64,000 nt of DNA, from the NCBI RefSeq assembly GCF_006345805.1, contig NC_043000.1:155372001-155436000 (forward strand), in the 5' to 3' direction. Below, piece after piece: positions 12,791 through 25,894 of this stretch; within the stretch, counting starts at the first letter, position 1, and every line of letters begins with the position of its first letter. Under the pieces are notes generated by a model. That model worked only from the letters and a program-made list of their open reading frames with translations. It searched no databases and was not told where the DNA came from. Origin of the DNA: Octopus sinensis. Its lineage: Eukaryota. Both the position numbers and the translations under genes were made by a program.

Positions 12791-13693
12791 ATGTATACGG
12801 AGCAGCAACGATTAAAACAATGGGGTGTACATTGTATTAGCAACACACTCCTGTAAACTAGAGTGACAAAAGGATTTTGGGCCTAAAATCCCAGTGCACA
12901 AGAGGGTATTAAATATAAATCTATATAATGTTTACTGTTATATCCAAATTTACGTGTAAAAGAGTTTTAAATGAATGCCAGGATTACTGAAGTTAGCAAT
13001 AAAAATTGAATTAAAAATCAACTTTGAGAAATTGGCTTTTATACTACCTATAAAAATAAGTACCTCACAATTATAACGAAAATATTTTACTTGTAAAATA
13101 GTTTGAAGAGTTCAATGAATGGGAAATGAAAAAAAAGTCACAAATCGGGCTTAAACTAATAATCTAATGATAAGGCAATATAAAATAAAAACTGAAGAGA
13201 CACTCGAAAATAAAAACAAATTTTATATTAAAGAAATACATCATAAAATCTAGATCTTAAATAACATTTTTAATGTTAATTTCAATGGTTCAAGGACTCT
13301 TTGTAAAGTCAATTAAAAGCAAATGGTAAAGACTTTTAAAAGCAAATGGTAAAGACTTTTAAAAGCGTATTTTGTTTTTATTTTATTTTATGTTTCCTTA
13401 TATCACTGGTTTTACATCGTAATATCTATAAACAGTAAACTCCTCTTACAACACTTTTCTTGTTCTGCTAATGAGGCATCACACGCTCAAAAGTTTTATG
13501 GCTGTCATTCTAGTAAAAACACGATCGTATCCTGACAAGACATAAAATATTATTATGTATCTATTTGAACAAGTAGTTAGATTTTATTTCAAAGTTTTAC
13601 ATACGTGTGTATCATTATATTTTGTTCGAACAGATAGATTGATAAATGGACAGATAAACAGACAGATATGTAGGTTGGTATATAGATCGATAA

Positions 13694-13728
<35 letters not shown>

Positions 13729-14206
13729 TGATGAGACAGAATGAGAGAGATATGTAGTTAGGTAACCGTGTCATGTGAGACTTCATCCTAGTTAATATTT
13801 GAATATATGCTAATAATAGGGTGTGAGTGTCCCTAAATAGTAATAAATAGTGCATATGCTAAACGTCACCGAGATATTGCTATACTGACGTACATCGTCA
13901 AGATATCAATATATAATGACTACATATTATATCAATGTTACTATAGCAACGTGTAATGGTAAACAACATTAGGGAGTGGATACCATACAACAGATTTGAG
14001 GCAGCAACATTTTCGGAAGACTTAATATGATAATAATATTTAGAAGTCATACAACACACACACACACACACCTATTAAAGCTGCAAAAACATCACAAAAA
14101 TATCACAAAAACAGCTGCTCAGAGTTTCACGTTCGCGTTCATCGGACAGTTATGATCCAGAATGGAATAAGAATTGTTCATATAATTTATGTACGTATAA
14201 TTTATA

Positions 14207-15495
14207 TTACATAGAAAATATGAGCAAAAGAAATAATATTCTTAAGGTTATAAACTTGGAAAATTACAGGACAAGTCATTACACTTGGAAAAGTTCAGGA
14301 CAACTTATAACACCTGGTAAAGTACAGAACAAGAGAATTTTTACTTAAATATTGCAGCAATGGATACAATTTCAAATAAAATATTTAGATTTAGAAAATA
14401 TTAAGCTTTTATTAAGACAAAAAACTTTATTATACGTTATTACTTCTATTTGTTATTACTTATTACTTTTATTAAAAATAAGAAATAACTCAATTGAAAT
14501 ACTTTTTGAACTTTAAGGATAATGCATTTAGGAACCTTTCCAAGTTGTTGAATATGACGATGAACAGTTGTATGGTTTGAACTAAGCTTTATTACCAATT
14601 CTTCAACTGATAATGCAGAATTTTCTTCAAGTAATGCTTCAAGGAGCTTATCATCAAACTCAACTGGAAAGTCCTGTTCGATCTTTAACTTCAAGGCTGA
14701 AATCTCCACTTCTGACTTTTGCAAACCATCTTCTGCAAGTTCTTTCATTCAATCATTCTTTCCCACAAACTGAGTGTATGTTTCGAATCGCTTCGGCTGC
14801 AGAGTTACCTTTTTTTTATACTCATAAAGCATTATGTGCTTCAAATGCTCTTTGGATACTTCCATGTTAGAAAGGGTTTTAATCAAAGAAATGTTAATTC
14901 TATTATTCTGTAAAATAATATTTAATTAGTTTAAATATACACAAATGTGTAAAAATAATTTTAAATTCCATTAGACATTCTAAAATACTATTAAATTTCA
15001 TTCAATTTTAAAAAAGGTAAAATCGGACAGAAGTTATGGGATGATCTGATACTAGAGGAAAACCTACCTATAACAACAAATTCTCAGTAAAATTTGCTTG
15101 AGTTATTGCCTAAGTTATTGTCTCACACTTTTAGTTGTGACCCAATGCCTACTTTTTAAATAATGAATTTTCCTAACATATATGCTATTCTACTTTGCAT
15201 ACAACTTTACCTATATTGGTACATTTTTAAAGTAATCTAGTGTGTCAATATTTTAAGAAAACGATGGTACCTTTTTTGATTATATAATGTTACTTTGTAA
15301 ATTAAAATCAAATAATTTTTAATATTCGAATTTTATCCTTAGCTGCTTTATTTTAAGTAAAAATTTTCTTGTTCTGTACTTTACCAGATGTAATAAGTTG
15401 TCCTGAGCTTTTCCAAGTGTAATAACTTGTCCTGTAATTTTCCAGGTTTATAATGTTAACAATATAATTTCTCTCGCTCGCACTTTTCCATGTAA
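14207..15495. repeat. Pair of ~190-bp inverted repeats (14207-14395 / 15300-15495) enclosing a mariner fragment
   Basis: TATAAACTTGGAAAATTACAGGACAAG... at 14248 matches the reverse complement of 15340-15455. Confidence 0.8.
14500..15051 (-). mobile_element. Mariner (Tc1/mariner) 5' remnant
   Basis: TIR-like TATCAGATCATCCCATAACTTCTGTCCG on the minus strand. Frameshifted MEVSKEHLKHIMLYEY ... CRRWFAK ... PVEFDDKLLEALLEENSALSVEEL ... TVHRHIQQLGKVPK (HTH region). No DDD domain. Confidence 0.82.
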
Positions 15496-15613
15496 TCCAT
15501 GTTTTTTCCTGGCTATACGGAACACTGTTACTGGAGTTTATAGCCCGAAGAAGACATCTCTTCCACTTAGCTAACGACACACATATAAATAATATAATAT
15601 ATAATATAATACA

Positions 15614-15905
15614 GGGAGGCGCAATGGCGCAGTGGTTAGGGTAGCGGACTCGCGGTCGGAGGATCGCGGTTTCGATTCCCAGACCGGGCGTTGTGTGTGT
15701 TTATTGAGCGGAAACACCTAAAATCTCCGTGGTGACCCCTGTTGTACCCTTTTGCCATAACTTTCTCTCATTCTCTCCCTTCCTGCTTCTTGAGTAAATC
15801 TGCGATGGACTGGGGAACACATACGCCACATCTGAGGGGAACACATACGCCACAGAAACCGGGAAACCAGGCCCATGAGCCTGGCTAGGTTTGAAAATGG
15901 CGAGA
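15614..15905 (+). mobile_element. tRNA-derived SINE family C head with tail type 1
   Basis: GGAGGCGCAATGGCGCAGTGGTTAG ... GGTTTCGATTCCC head. The tail carries GCGATGGACTGG and GAAACCGGGAAACC. Confidence 0.8.
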
Positions 15906-16129
15906 AGAAGTATATTATATATATATATATGGGTACAGCATTCAACGACAATATGAGTCGTCAAAGACAGTTACTCCCATATATTCTAAAATTAAATTTA
16001 GGATTTATGGAGGGTCAAAGCTGGGAAAAAATGACAGTGGGGACATTCCCTCTCGTTCTGATATAACGAACCTCCGTGTTTGTTTTCGTTCGGTTTCCTT
16101 GTATGTCTGATATGTTTATGTGCCTCATT

Positions 16130-17470
16130 TTTGTAGAAGGGCTGACAGCAAACAAAGATGCGGAGGTACGTGCGAGAATTTTCACAAAACTTCAACAAGC
16201 GGACTAGGGTTTAACCCTGCAGACAGTTGCATAGATATACTTCTGAACCGGCAAGGAATAAACAAAAAAAATATTAGGACCAAACTCATGCTATGGATGT
16301 GGAGGCCGACATTTCAAGAAGGACTGCCTTTTCAAAACGCGGAAATATTACAGTTGCTCAAAAACGAGCAAACTTAGGAAGGTCGAACATTAAAAAATTC
16401 TGCTTTCTCAACGGAAAATAGAAACGACACCAAAAAGAGGAAATTTTCTACATGTAAAAGTAAACGAAGTGAATATTAAATTACAGCTAGATACTGGTAG
16501 CGACATTTCGATTATTGATGCTGACACGTGGAAAAGATTTGGGAAACCTACGTTAAGAAAAACATCGAAAATTGCACGAGGCGTAACAGGTGAAAAACTA
16601 CACTTCGTAGGCGATATCTGGAGCGATATTATATTTCGTGGTAAAACCTGTGGAATTTTCGTGTTAAAAATATGCGACCAATCTGTTCGGTACAGACTGG
16701 ATGGAGTTATTTGACTTATGGGGAGGTCCCATAAGTTTGTACTGTAAAAAAATAAATGGCTGTCCCACCAGTAAAGATAACGCATCAGCTGAATTAAAGA
16801 AAATAGTTTAAAAACTTGTTCCCTGAAGTGCTGTCGAATAAATTAGGTCTCTGTACTAAGACTGAGGCGTGTTTCCAAATAAATGAACACGTAGTACTTG
16901 TGTTCAAGCCCAATAGAAAGAAACTTCAGCTGCGATAAAACAGGTAGATGAAGAATTAGGCAGACTAGAGAAAATTGTAATTACTAAAAAAGTGGATTGT
17001 TCTAAATGGGAAGCACCAACTGTGTGTATTAAAAAAAAAGAATATCAAAATCAGGGTGTGTGCCGATTTTTCTACTGGTTTAAATGACTGTCTAAAATTG
17101 TGCCTCTATCCGCTACCTACTCCAGGGAATAATTTTGCTAAATTAAGCGATGACAAGATATTTTCGAAACTGGATCTGTCCGATGCGTACCTGCAAATTA
17201 AATTAGACGAGGAATGCTCGAAATTTCCAACAATGAATACGCATAAAGGACTATATAAATATCATATAACAGATTACCTTTTGGTCTAAAGGTCGCATCT
17301 GCAATTTTTCAGTAGGTTATGGATGCGATGTTTGCGGACTGTAAATTCGCATTCCGTACCATGATATATTCCATGATATATTAATTAGAACTGAACCTCG
17401 TGATCAGCATGTCGATCATGTAAAGAGTGTTCTTGGAAAAATAAGAAATTACGGTTTCCGTGTAGGCATA
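16130..17470 (+). mobile_element. Ty3/Gypsy LTR-retrotransposon gag-pol relic (zinc knuckle, protease, RT N-half)
   Basis: CYGCGGRHFKKDC knuckle, LQLDTGSDISII aspartic protease, CADFSTGLN ... YPLP ... FSKLDLSDAYLQ ... NTHKGLY RT. Many stops and frameshifts; no LTR or integrase seen. Confidence 0.85.
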
Positions 17471-17554
17471 ACCATTTCCATTTACTCTAATTGGAAAAGA
17501 AATTAACATATATCGTGACAAGAAATTATTTTTGTTCCTTGAATATAATAAGCT

Positions 17555-17710
17555 AAGTGGTAGTGCATGGCTTAGTGGTTAGAATTTTGCATGATCGTAG
17601 GATGGTGGTTTCGACTCCTGGTTCGGGTGATGTGTTGTGTTCTTGAGGAAAACACTTCAATTCTCTTTGCTCCGGTTCACTCAGCTGGCAAAGATGAGTA
17701 ATGCTGCAAC
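17555..17710 (+). mobile_element. SINE family D head fragment
   Basis: TGGCTTAGTGGTTAG A-box, GGTTTCGACTCC B-box, TGTGTTCTTGAGGAAAACAC, CACTCAGCTGGCAAA. Confidence 0.6.
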
Positions 17711-18428
17711 TAGATCCAACTTGGTCACAGTCCAATCATGGAAACAAGCAAAAAAAAAAACAGAAAAAACAAATTATGATAGATTTCTAAAAGTGTGCTT
17801 TTTGTCTTTGGTAACATAAATTTACATATCATGTTCCACAACTTTAAGCTAAGCAATTGTTAATTCGGAAAAACAATTGTTAATTCGGAACTAGGAAAAA
17901 CAAAATAACGATTCAGCAAGATTCCATATTTACTATGAGAGATTGGGTTCAATTATGACAAGAACTTCAGAAAAAAGAATGAAGATAAATTTTACTGACA
18001 GTTTGTTTTATCAAGAGCCATACGCGATTCTGAGCGAGGAAATGAAACCTACAAATTTCATTTTCTCCTTCTCAGACATTCATATAATTGAATAAGATAA
18101 ATAGGCGTGCTTAAGTTTACAACAAATCTCCAGATTACGATGGAACTTCATAAGCTTTAAGAAACTTTCAACAATCTTATCGCTTATCTCACTGATTCTG
18201 AAACGTTTTCAGTTCTCGGAAATTCCTGTCTTTGTAAAATACGTTCTTTTCTCAACATTTGGCGCCACTAAACTAATGAGGTTCCAGTAGAATATATTTC
18301 CAGTTCGGAGTTCAAGTTTAAGCATATGTATATATATAGACGCAATTTTATAATTTTGTATATCCAAGTGTGTATATATGCACATATGTATATATAAAAA
18401 TGCAGTTGTATACATACATATATATGTT

Positions 18429-18479
<51 letters not shown>

Positions 18480-18627
18480 CTAGATATACATACATATATA
18501 TATGAATGAATATATGTGTATATATCCACATGTATTTACAAACATGCAATTCCACTTATACATATATATATATATATATATATATTTGAATTGAATCACT
18601 TTTTATTGTCATCGATATATTAAATCT

Positions 18628-18773
18628 TCACTTAGCGGTTCGGCAAAAGAGACCGATAGAATAAGTACTGGGCTTACAGAGAATAAGTCCCGTGGTCGAG
18701 TTGTTCGACTAAAGGCGGTGCTCCAGCATGGCCACAGTCAACTGACTGAAACAAGTAAAAGAGTAAAAGAGTA
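18628..18773 (+). mobile_element. SINE family A, 3' half
   Basis: Family A tail. Confidence 0.88.
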
Positions 18774-19265
18774 ATACAGATCCGCATGCTCTCACAAAGG
18801 ATGCATGCACACATACATACACACATACACACACATATGCACACACGCACACACACACACATACTGCGGATCTGTAGCTGATGAGGAAAATTCCCTCGTT
18901 TTGTTAAACTGGATTCCATTCTCTAATTAAATCTATTTGTTCTTAACGTCCAGTTTGTTTTGTGTTAATTTGCTGGGCTTTTACGTTCTTACGTTATTTC
19001 TGATCCTACATCGAGTTAGGATCATAAGGTCGACATTATTTTCTTCATACAGCCTGTAATTAATTGTAGCATAACGTAGTAAATTGCTTTTAGAAAGAGA
19101 ATATATAACATGTGTGTCCTTGTATGTATGTCATTATTCAATTACATTTCAAGATTTCTTGCCAATGGAGAAAGAGTCAGTTTCTAAGCTAGATTCAAGG
19201 CTACTTCATAAGAATATGTATATGTGCAGAGTTGTATGGTTTGTTTTATGCATCTATTCTCATGC

Positions 19266-20040
19266 ATACGAGGTGTGATCAATAAGTATCCGGATTGTTC
19301 CCATGTTAACGAATTAAAGCCACTTGGCGCAGATTGACCTTGAAATTTGCTGTGCATGCGCACTATGTTTTAACGTACTAGCTCACTTCTGCTGTTTACA
19401 GCAGTGCTTGGAAGGTAGGTGTGCAACGTGTGCAACGTGTGATCGTCGCACGGATCATGACAGAAAAAGTTGTCGTGGCGATACCTGCTAAAAAGGCCTA
19501 CGCGTAGTTGCAGAAAGTGTATAGAGAGGAGTGTATGCGCCACACACAATTGTACGAGAGGTTCAGACGTTTCCAAGATGGCCGAAAAAATATCGATATT
19601 GACGAACGTTCTAGGAGGCCCGCAACTAGCAGAACTAAGAAAAGCAGTGCAGATGTGCGTGCAACTGTGAAGGGAAATCGTCGAATCACCATCCGTAAGT
19701 TATCAGTGCATGAGCAGACTAATACGGTTCAGGTCAGTCCATTATCTCTGAAGATTTGGGCATGAGACGCGTGTGACTGCCAAGTTTGAACCAAAATTAC
19801 TTTCAGGTGAGCAAAAAGACACTCGGGTTTTCAGTTACACAAGATCTTCTTGCTTGTATCAAGAACCATAAAAATTTTTGAAAACTTTGTGCAGGTCCCT
19901 GAGCAGGAATCGATTAGCTTTTGGTAAAATTTCATGCAGATTCTCTGCTCAGCTTTTTCTACCATGGTCAGTGCGACGATCACACACTACACACCTTCCT
20001 TTTAATCACTGTTGTATACAGTAGAAGTGAACTAGAACAT
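19266..20040 (+). mobile_element. Mariner remnant, internally deleted, with an inverted second 5' segment
   Basis: TIR-like TACGAGGTGTGATCAATAAGT. HTH peptide QKVYREECMRHTQLYERFRRFQDG ... NRRITIR. 19900-20040 on the minus strand encodes MVEKAEQRICMKF. Confidence 0.75.
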
Positions 20041-20129
20041 TGCTAGTACCTTACCGCGTGAAGATCCCAAAACTTGTGGTGTTCCGGATTGATATACTGC
20101 GTCAGATGGAATCGAGATGTCTTTGAAGA

Positions 20130-20780
20130 TAAGTTTTTTATGGATTGAGGGTGGTATGCTTGCACTTAGTGATTCTGAAAAGAAAGATTCGTTGAAGAGC
20201 TACTACGAAATGCAATTAAATGTGAAAAACAAACGTGAGAAGTGGAGTCTCACCCATGTGGACCGAACAGAAGAAGCAGCTATCCTATTCGACAGCAGTA
20301 TGATAAATAAAACAATTGAAGATATGACAAGGAGATCCCCTGATTCATCAGTTGTCACTACTGAAATGCTTAAAATATCGGGCAGAGTAGCATACGGTGT
20401 AGCCATCTGTATGTTACACGTTAATGAGACGTGGGCCTTGGTTGCAGAGGACATATGAAGGCTAGAGAGGAATGAAGCTGGTACGCTCCGCTGGATGTAC
20501 ATTGTCAGTATACAAGTGCAAAAGAACGCTAGGTACGAGAGGAATTAGATGTAGTGTGCAAGAGAGATGAGCATCATATGATGCATATGGATGTGGGCAG
20601 TTGCATAAACTGGATGGAACTTAAACTGGATGGAACTTGTGGAAGAGGAAAATCTAGGAGGATATCGGACAAAAGATTGAAGGCCGATCTCAAGACGATC
20701 TCAAGACGCTGTACCTTGAGAAGGAGATGACAAAAGAATGAGATATCTGGCGCCTAGCTGTACTTGAGAAAACGCTTTGT
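20130..20780 (+). mobile_element. RTE-type LINE relic (heavily deleted)
   Basis: Decayed ETWAL..EDI.RLERNEAGTLRWM and GRGKSRR/IWRLAVLEK C-terminal motifs. Confidence 0.6.
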
Positions 20781-21059
20781 TTTTTAACTGACTGAATCAA
20801 CTTACATTACTATTTTAAGCGTGCCACTTATTCTGTCGTTTCTGTTTTGCTGAACAACTAAGTTACAGAGATGGAAACAAACTTAGTTTAATTATCAAGC
20901 AGTAAGAATGAGATTCAAACACGCCCGCCAAAGCACACACTGACACACACAGACATAGGCGCACACACACACACGTGTATGTACAATATATAGTTATAAT
21001 CGTCTTTGCAAGCAAGGATAACCAGTATACACTGGAATATTTCTGTTGCGTTGGCAATT

Positions 21060-21260
21060 CCTGTGCAATATATCAAGAGTATTCCTGACATTAAAAGATT
21101 GATATTTTTCTATTGATCTCTTTAATCAGTGTCCAATGCTCACATGTGTATAAATATATGGAAACCGCCAAAACATTGTGCAATTTAATTCCAATGGTTC
21201 TTTCTTTTCAGGCAGAATCATGCTTTGTTATGTGGCTGAAGTTCATATTCTTTGCTGGAG
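21060..21260 (-). mobile_element. Possible RTE LINE relic
   Basis: My translation VSIYLYTCEHWTLIKEINRKISIF resembles the RTE motif IFLYACETWTL..E..RRI.AFE. Confidence 0.4.
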
Positions 21261-21819
21261 GAATCATTGTGACGTGTCTGAGTTGATCGATATTTTCAAA
21301 GCTTCTCATTCTTTCTGGCCTTCGTTTGTAAACTATAATTACTAGCTCTAGATAACCGGTTCTGTTGAATATGCTATTCTATTCTTCAATGTCAGTTTTC
21401 ATTCTACATACTTAGAAGACTCCTCATTCGAAAATATCTCTTGAATCCGTGAGTGTAGATAGTACTATAGGTAAGATGTAGATTGCAGAGTAGAACTCTT
21501 TCTGCTGATTTTATGGGTTTGGTAATTTTTACAAAAGATTATGAAATCTATCTCCAGAAAGATTTTGAAAAAGAAAAAAAGTATGTAAACGACATGTATC
21601 CTTCAGATCAACTGACAACTGCATTCGAGGAATTACAATGCATGATTATTTTGCTGAAAAAAGGATTACGGTGCACAAGTCTTTACATTCTACCATACAT
21701 TGGACATGGGTTTTCTCAAGCCGAACGCCACTTGAGAAATTCCATAGTCTAAATCATCGTGTAATCAGTAAAGTTGTGAATAATATTAGTTTCAAATATT
21801 AGCACAAGGCCAGCAATTT

Positions 21820-22184
21820 CGATGGAGAGAGTAAGTAGATTATATCGGCCACAGCGACCAACTGGTACTTTATCGATGCCGAAAGGAAGATCAGCAAAGT
21901 CAGCCCCTGCAACATTTGAACGTAAAGGAGGACGAAATGTTGCTAAGCATTTTGCTTGGTCTGCTAACGATTCTGTCAAATCGCCGCCTTAAAATTGTGC
22001 CTAATAATGATTTCAAATTTTGGCACAAAGTCAGCAATTTTAGGGGAAGAGATAAGTCAATATCATTGACCCCAGCACTCTGAGAGGATGAAAGGAAAAA
22101 ATCAACTTCGGCGGAATTTAAATTCAGAAAGTTAAGACGGATGAAATGCCGCGAAGCATTTTGTCTGGCAAGCTAACGATTCTG

Positions 22185-22220
<36 letters not shown>

Positions 22221-22443
22221 TGCAATATTGGTTTCAAATTTTTACACAAGACCACCAGATTTGGGGGAGGGGCTAAGTCGATTAAATCGACCCTAGTACT
22301 CAACTGGTATTTATTTTATCGATCCTGAAAGGATGAAAGTTAAAACCGAACTCGGCAGAATTTGAACGCAGAACGTTAAGACAGTCGAGATGCCGCCAAA
22401 AATTTTGTCCGGCGCGCTGACAATTCTGCCAGCTCACCGCCTT
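21820..22443 (-). mobile_element. Three diverged SINE family B copies (about 21820-21990, 22010-22185, 22225-22443)
   Basis: Each ends on the + strand in CTAACGATTCTG.CA..TC.CCGCCTT-like sequence, the reverse complement of the family B head. Confidence 0.75.
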
Positions 22444-23769
22444 ATAAATGTTGAACTATTGTTTATCACCTTTTCTTCATGTCTTTCAGTTTTTCTTATT
22501 TCGAGTTGCGTACTAATCCATTTTCATAATTATTTATGTAACGTTTTCCTCAGAGATAGTTTGTCTAATTATTCGTTACTATAGTCGAACTACTGTCTTC
22601 CCAATCAGTATGGCAAGCCTTGTAGAAGCACAAAAATGTATTCTTTTCTTTCGAATGCATAACATTCCAGTGTAGTTTCCATGAAAAATATACTAACAAA
22701 GTTATACTTGCATTCATATATTCTAAACACACGCAAAAGCTCCTATAGAGTGTATACTAAAAAGAATAACTTCTCGCTTATACTATATACTTACAAAATC
22801 TAATCCAAGAGCCCAATACTTTATCTTTTCACTTATCACACTTCTTTAAGATACAATTGAAAAGTGGCCAAAATGTAATCTCCGTTGATATGTGGTAAAT
22901 TATGGAAAGATAAGCCTCTTAAATATTGTAAACAAGACACTTAAATCGATAATTGTAGGGAAACATCATCTTTTGGCGGCTGATGTAATTTGTTTGTGAC
23001 GGAACTCGTGGATATCTGGTCAAGTGTTCCGGCCAATAAATCAATTTGTATTATGACGCTGGACGAAGTTGCTCGCTTACGCAGTAAAATAATAAGAACA
23101 GCAACAACAATAATTATAACAGGCTTCGAATCTCACACATTCAAGAGAGACGTTGAGCCAAGATCAACTTTCCCGAAGTAGACAGTCAGCTTCTTCGGAT
23201 GAGGAAAAGATCATATTCCTTCTTTCCACTCATAGCTGCATTGCAGCGTATTATGATATATCAGTCTGGATCTATACGTGTGTATATGATTAAATATAAT
23301 ATTCGTACTGTGTTAGTTGCACGTGTGTGTATGTATATGTCTGTTCTTCTGTTTCTGTAACAATATTCATAATTTGCCAATTGATAGTGGCTAATAATTT
23401 TCGAAGACTGTGAGATGATAAAATAATATTACAAATTATGATATGTGACTGATTCCATATTCCTATTGCGTAAATAATTAAAATAAGGTGACTGACAGGC
23501 AGGATTTAGCAGATTGAAAGTGACGCTATCTTAATAGCACTTCACTTGCATAATATATAAGTACTTACAGCATCGATTCCACAGAGATCGTCTTTTGTCA
23601 GCATGCTGCACTTTCCGATAATTATGAGATGACTTGCATCGCCTTACAGCTGAACTCATAAACATACGTACTCACGAAAGGCAAACGCACACACGCATAT
23701 TTATGTTTTTTTCTTTGAGTTTTATTTAAGTTCTTCTTAAGAGAGTTAAAAGCTGTCGCTAACAAAGCG

Positions 23770-24995
23770 ACAAACATTTTGAATTAAGTCAGTTCCTGGT
23801 ATTTGCAAAGACGTGGCTGAATTGTTGCATTGGTTGAGCTGCCGATGCACACACTCAAGTGTGTGCATCTATTCACCAAAATAAATCTCAGATGGGGAAT
23901 CTTTGGAATACAAATCTTCAATGTGCCACGAATAAATTGGATTTGGAAAAAACGCATCAGTTTCTTTTGCTCTTTCTTCGAAACACCTAGTATTTCAAGG
24001 GCTTTGTGAGAATTTGTCGATATATAGCCCAATGCATCTATAATGATAGGTATAAACGAGAACTTATAGTCAGGCTACAAGAGCTGTAAGTTCCGCATTA
24101 ATTCACCGTAAATATTTCTGTTTTACTGAACGTTTGGACGGTATATTCACGTACATTGGGTAGCTGACCTCTACAACAGTGCATGACTTTTGTTACCTGT
24201 GCCATGGAACAATGTCAGCTTTGTTTTGCTTGCACCGATTTACTCTTTTTATTGGAATGTTCCACCTGAATTTTGAAAGGTGTGAATACATTCTGGTTCT
24301 GAAATGTTTTTGATGTATACGTCAAGGGAATCTTTCTTGCAGAGAGCGTACTATATCATGCCTTAGGAACAGGAAGTATCTCGGAGACATTTGGGGACAG
24401 TTGCTGATGATATGGGTGATATCTTCCACTCTGGCATAGAGGATCTGACATTTCCTATCACAACGTGGTTTGGTGGTAACTTTGTCTCCTTTGCTCATCA
24501 GGTTTTTTGTAGCTGTCTTTTGTTCCTGTCCTGGAGAGGCCACTCTTCCTATCAATGCTGTTTTTATACTCTAGCTCACGGGATATGTCCCATGCATTGC
24601 TTTTGTTGGTATGATGCTTGCTTCTGTTTATGTAGGCCAGTCCAGCCTCCTTTGGGTCGCATCAGACAGCTGTATTATCAGAGTACCTGCTCAGTAGTTC
24701 TTTTCAAACTCTGAAGACGTTGTTGCTTTCACATTTGAATATGCATTTAATATATTCATTTCTTTCCTCACTGTTCAGCAAGATTTGTCTGAGTGATACA
24801 ATACGACATTAAAAGCTGCATGGGCTGAGCTAATAACTTTACTATCATCGCTTCGTCTCACATAGATCCTGTCGGTGAGGTCAGTACATTTTAGAGTCTG
24901 ATGTCCAAGCTGAATATCACACGAAGGGTCTAGTCCAATAATCCAAATAATGGTACTAGTGCCAAAACTGCAAAATCATTGTGAAATATGATCTT
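23770..24995 (-). mobile_element. Degenerate R4/Dong-like (RLE) non-LTR element
   Basis: DRIYVRR motif, CCHC-like C..C ... EDITHIISNCP, LRHDIV, C-terminal FIRGTLKIC. Frameshifted. Confidence 0.65.
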
Positions 24996-25007
24996 GTTAA
25001 GTGCACA

Positions 25008-25009
<2 letters not shown>

Positions 25010-25067
<58 letters not shown>

Positions 25068-25116
25068 CATCATCCTCATCATCATCATCATCATCATCAT
25101 TATTATTACTATTATT
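25010..25116. repeat. (TAA)n/(TGA)n microsatellite
   Basis: Directly visible. Confidence 0.95.
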
Positions 25117-25403
25117 GCTTTTGCACAGCTTCTAACGCTGGAGATGTACTACAGTATCAGCTGTTTGCTACCAGTGAACTAAGGTAACACCTATTATTTT
25201 TCGAGCACCTTCCGGAGTATTCGAGCGGTTCTAAGCAGTGCTGTATTCTTCTAGTTCTCCGCCCTTATTGCAGCCCCTATTTGTTCTACGTACACCTCGA
25301 GATTTTTTCTCATTGTTCCCAGGGCTCCGACAATTATTGGTACTACTGCTATCTTTTTCCTCGGCTACAACTGCTTAACTTCCCAAGCTAACCTGTCATA
25401 TCT
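25117..25403 (-). mobile_element. Short 3' fragment of an R4/Dong-type element
   Basis: Minus strand translates RYDRLAWEVKQL*...VVPIIVGALGT...TALLRTARILRKVLEK*, then a UTR and a (TAA)n tail. Confidence 0.8.
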
Positions 25404-25835
25404 AACTCCAACAGTAGCAGGGGTGAGGGTAGTGGTAAGGGTGGTAGTTGGGCCTCAGATTTTGTGCTATCATAATAGTAGTATTTGTAGTATTATTGTA
25501 GTATTAGTAGTATTTAGTATTAGTGGTATTTAGTATCAGCAGCTACAGCATGTTATTATTACATTTATTTTTTTCATTATCACCACACCACCACTACCAT
25601 TGTTGGAGGGAAAGTTGGGCAGTAGTTTGGTGAACAGATCACGTACTACAGGTCTATAAATAAGTTCGGCATATGGTGGAGAGGTCAGCCATAAAGGCAA
25701 AAGAATCATCGCACCCTTTGGGTCAACAGAGATCAAATGTGTTTACTAATACCAGCGGCCGCTGATAGCGCTGCCTTGAAAAGAAGCAATTCAACCTATT
25801 CTATTTGTAATTACTGATAGAAAAAAACAATAATA

Positions 25836-25894
<59 letters not shown>

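Noticed and set aside
13316-13367. Short tandem duplications (23 bp here, 21 bp near 17855, 16 bp near 20609)
   Set aside because: Ordinary slippage duplications with no further structure.
15614-15690. tRNA genes at SINE heads
   Set aside because: A and B boxes are present, but the heads run into SINE bodies, lack a complete cloverleaf and occur as many diverged copies.
24981-25187. Poly-Tyr/Ile/His/Leu ORFs (also at 28470-29571, 40118-41066)
   Set aside because: Trinucleotide microsatellites, not genes.
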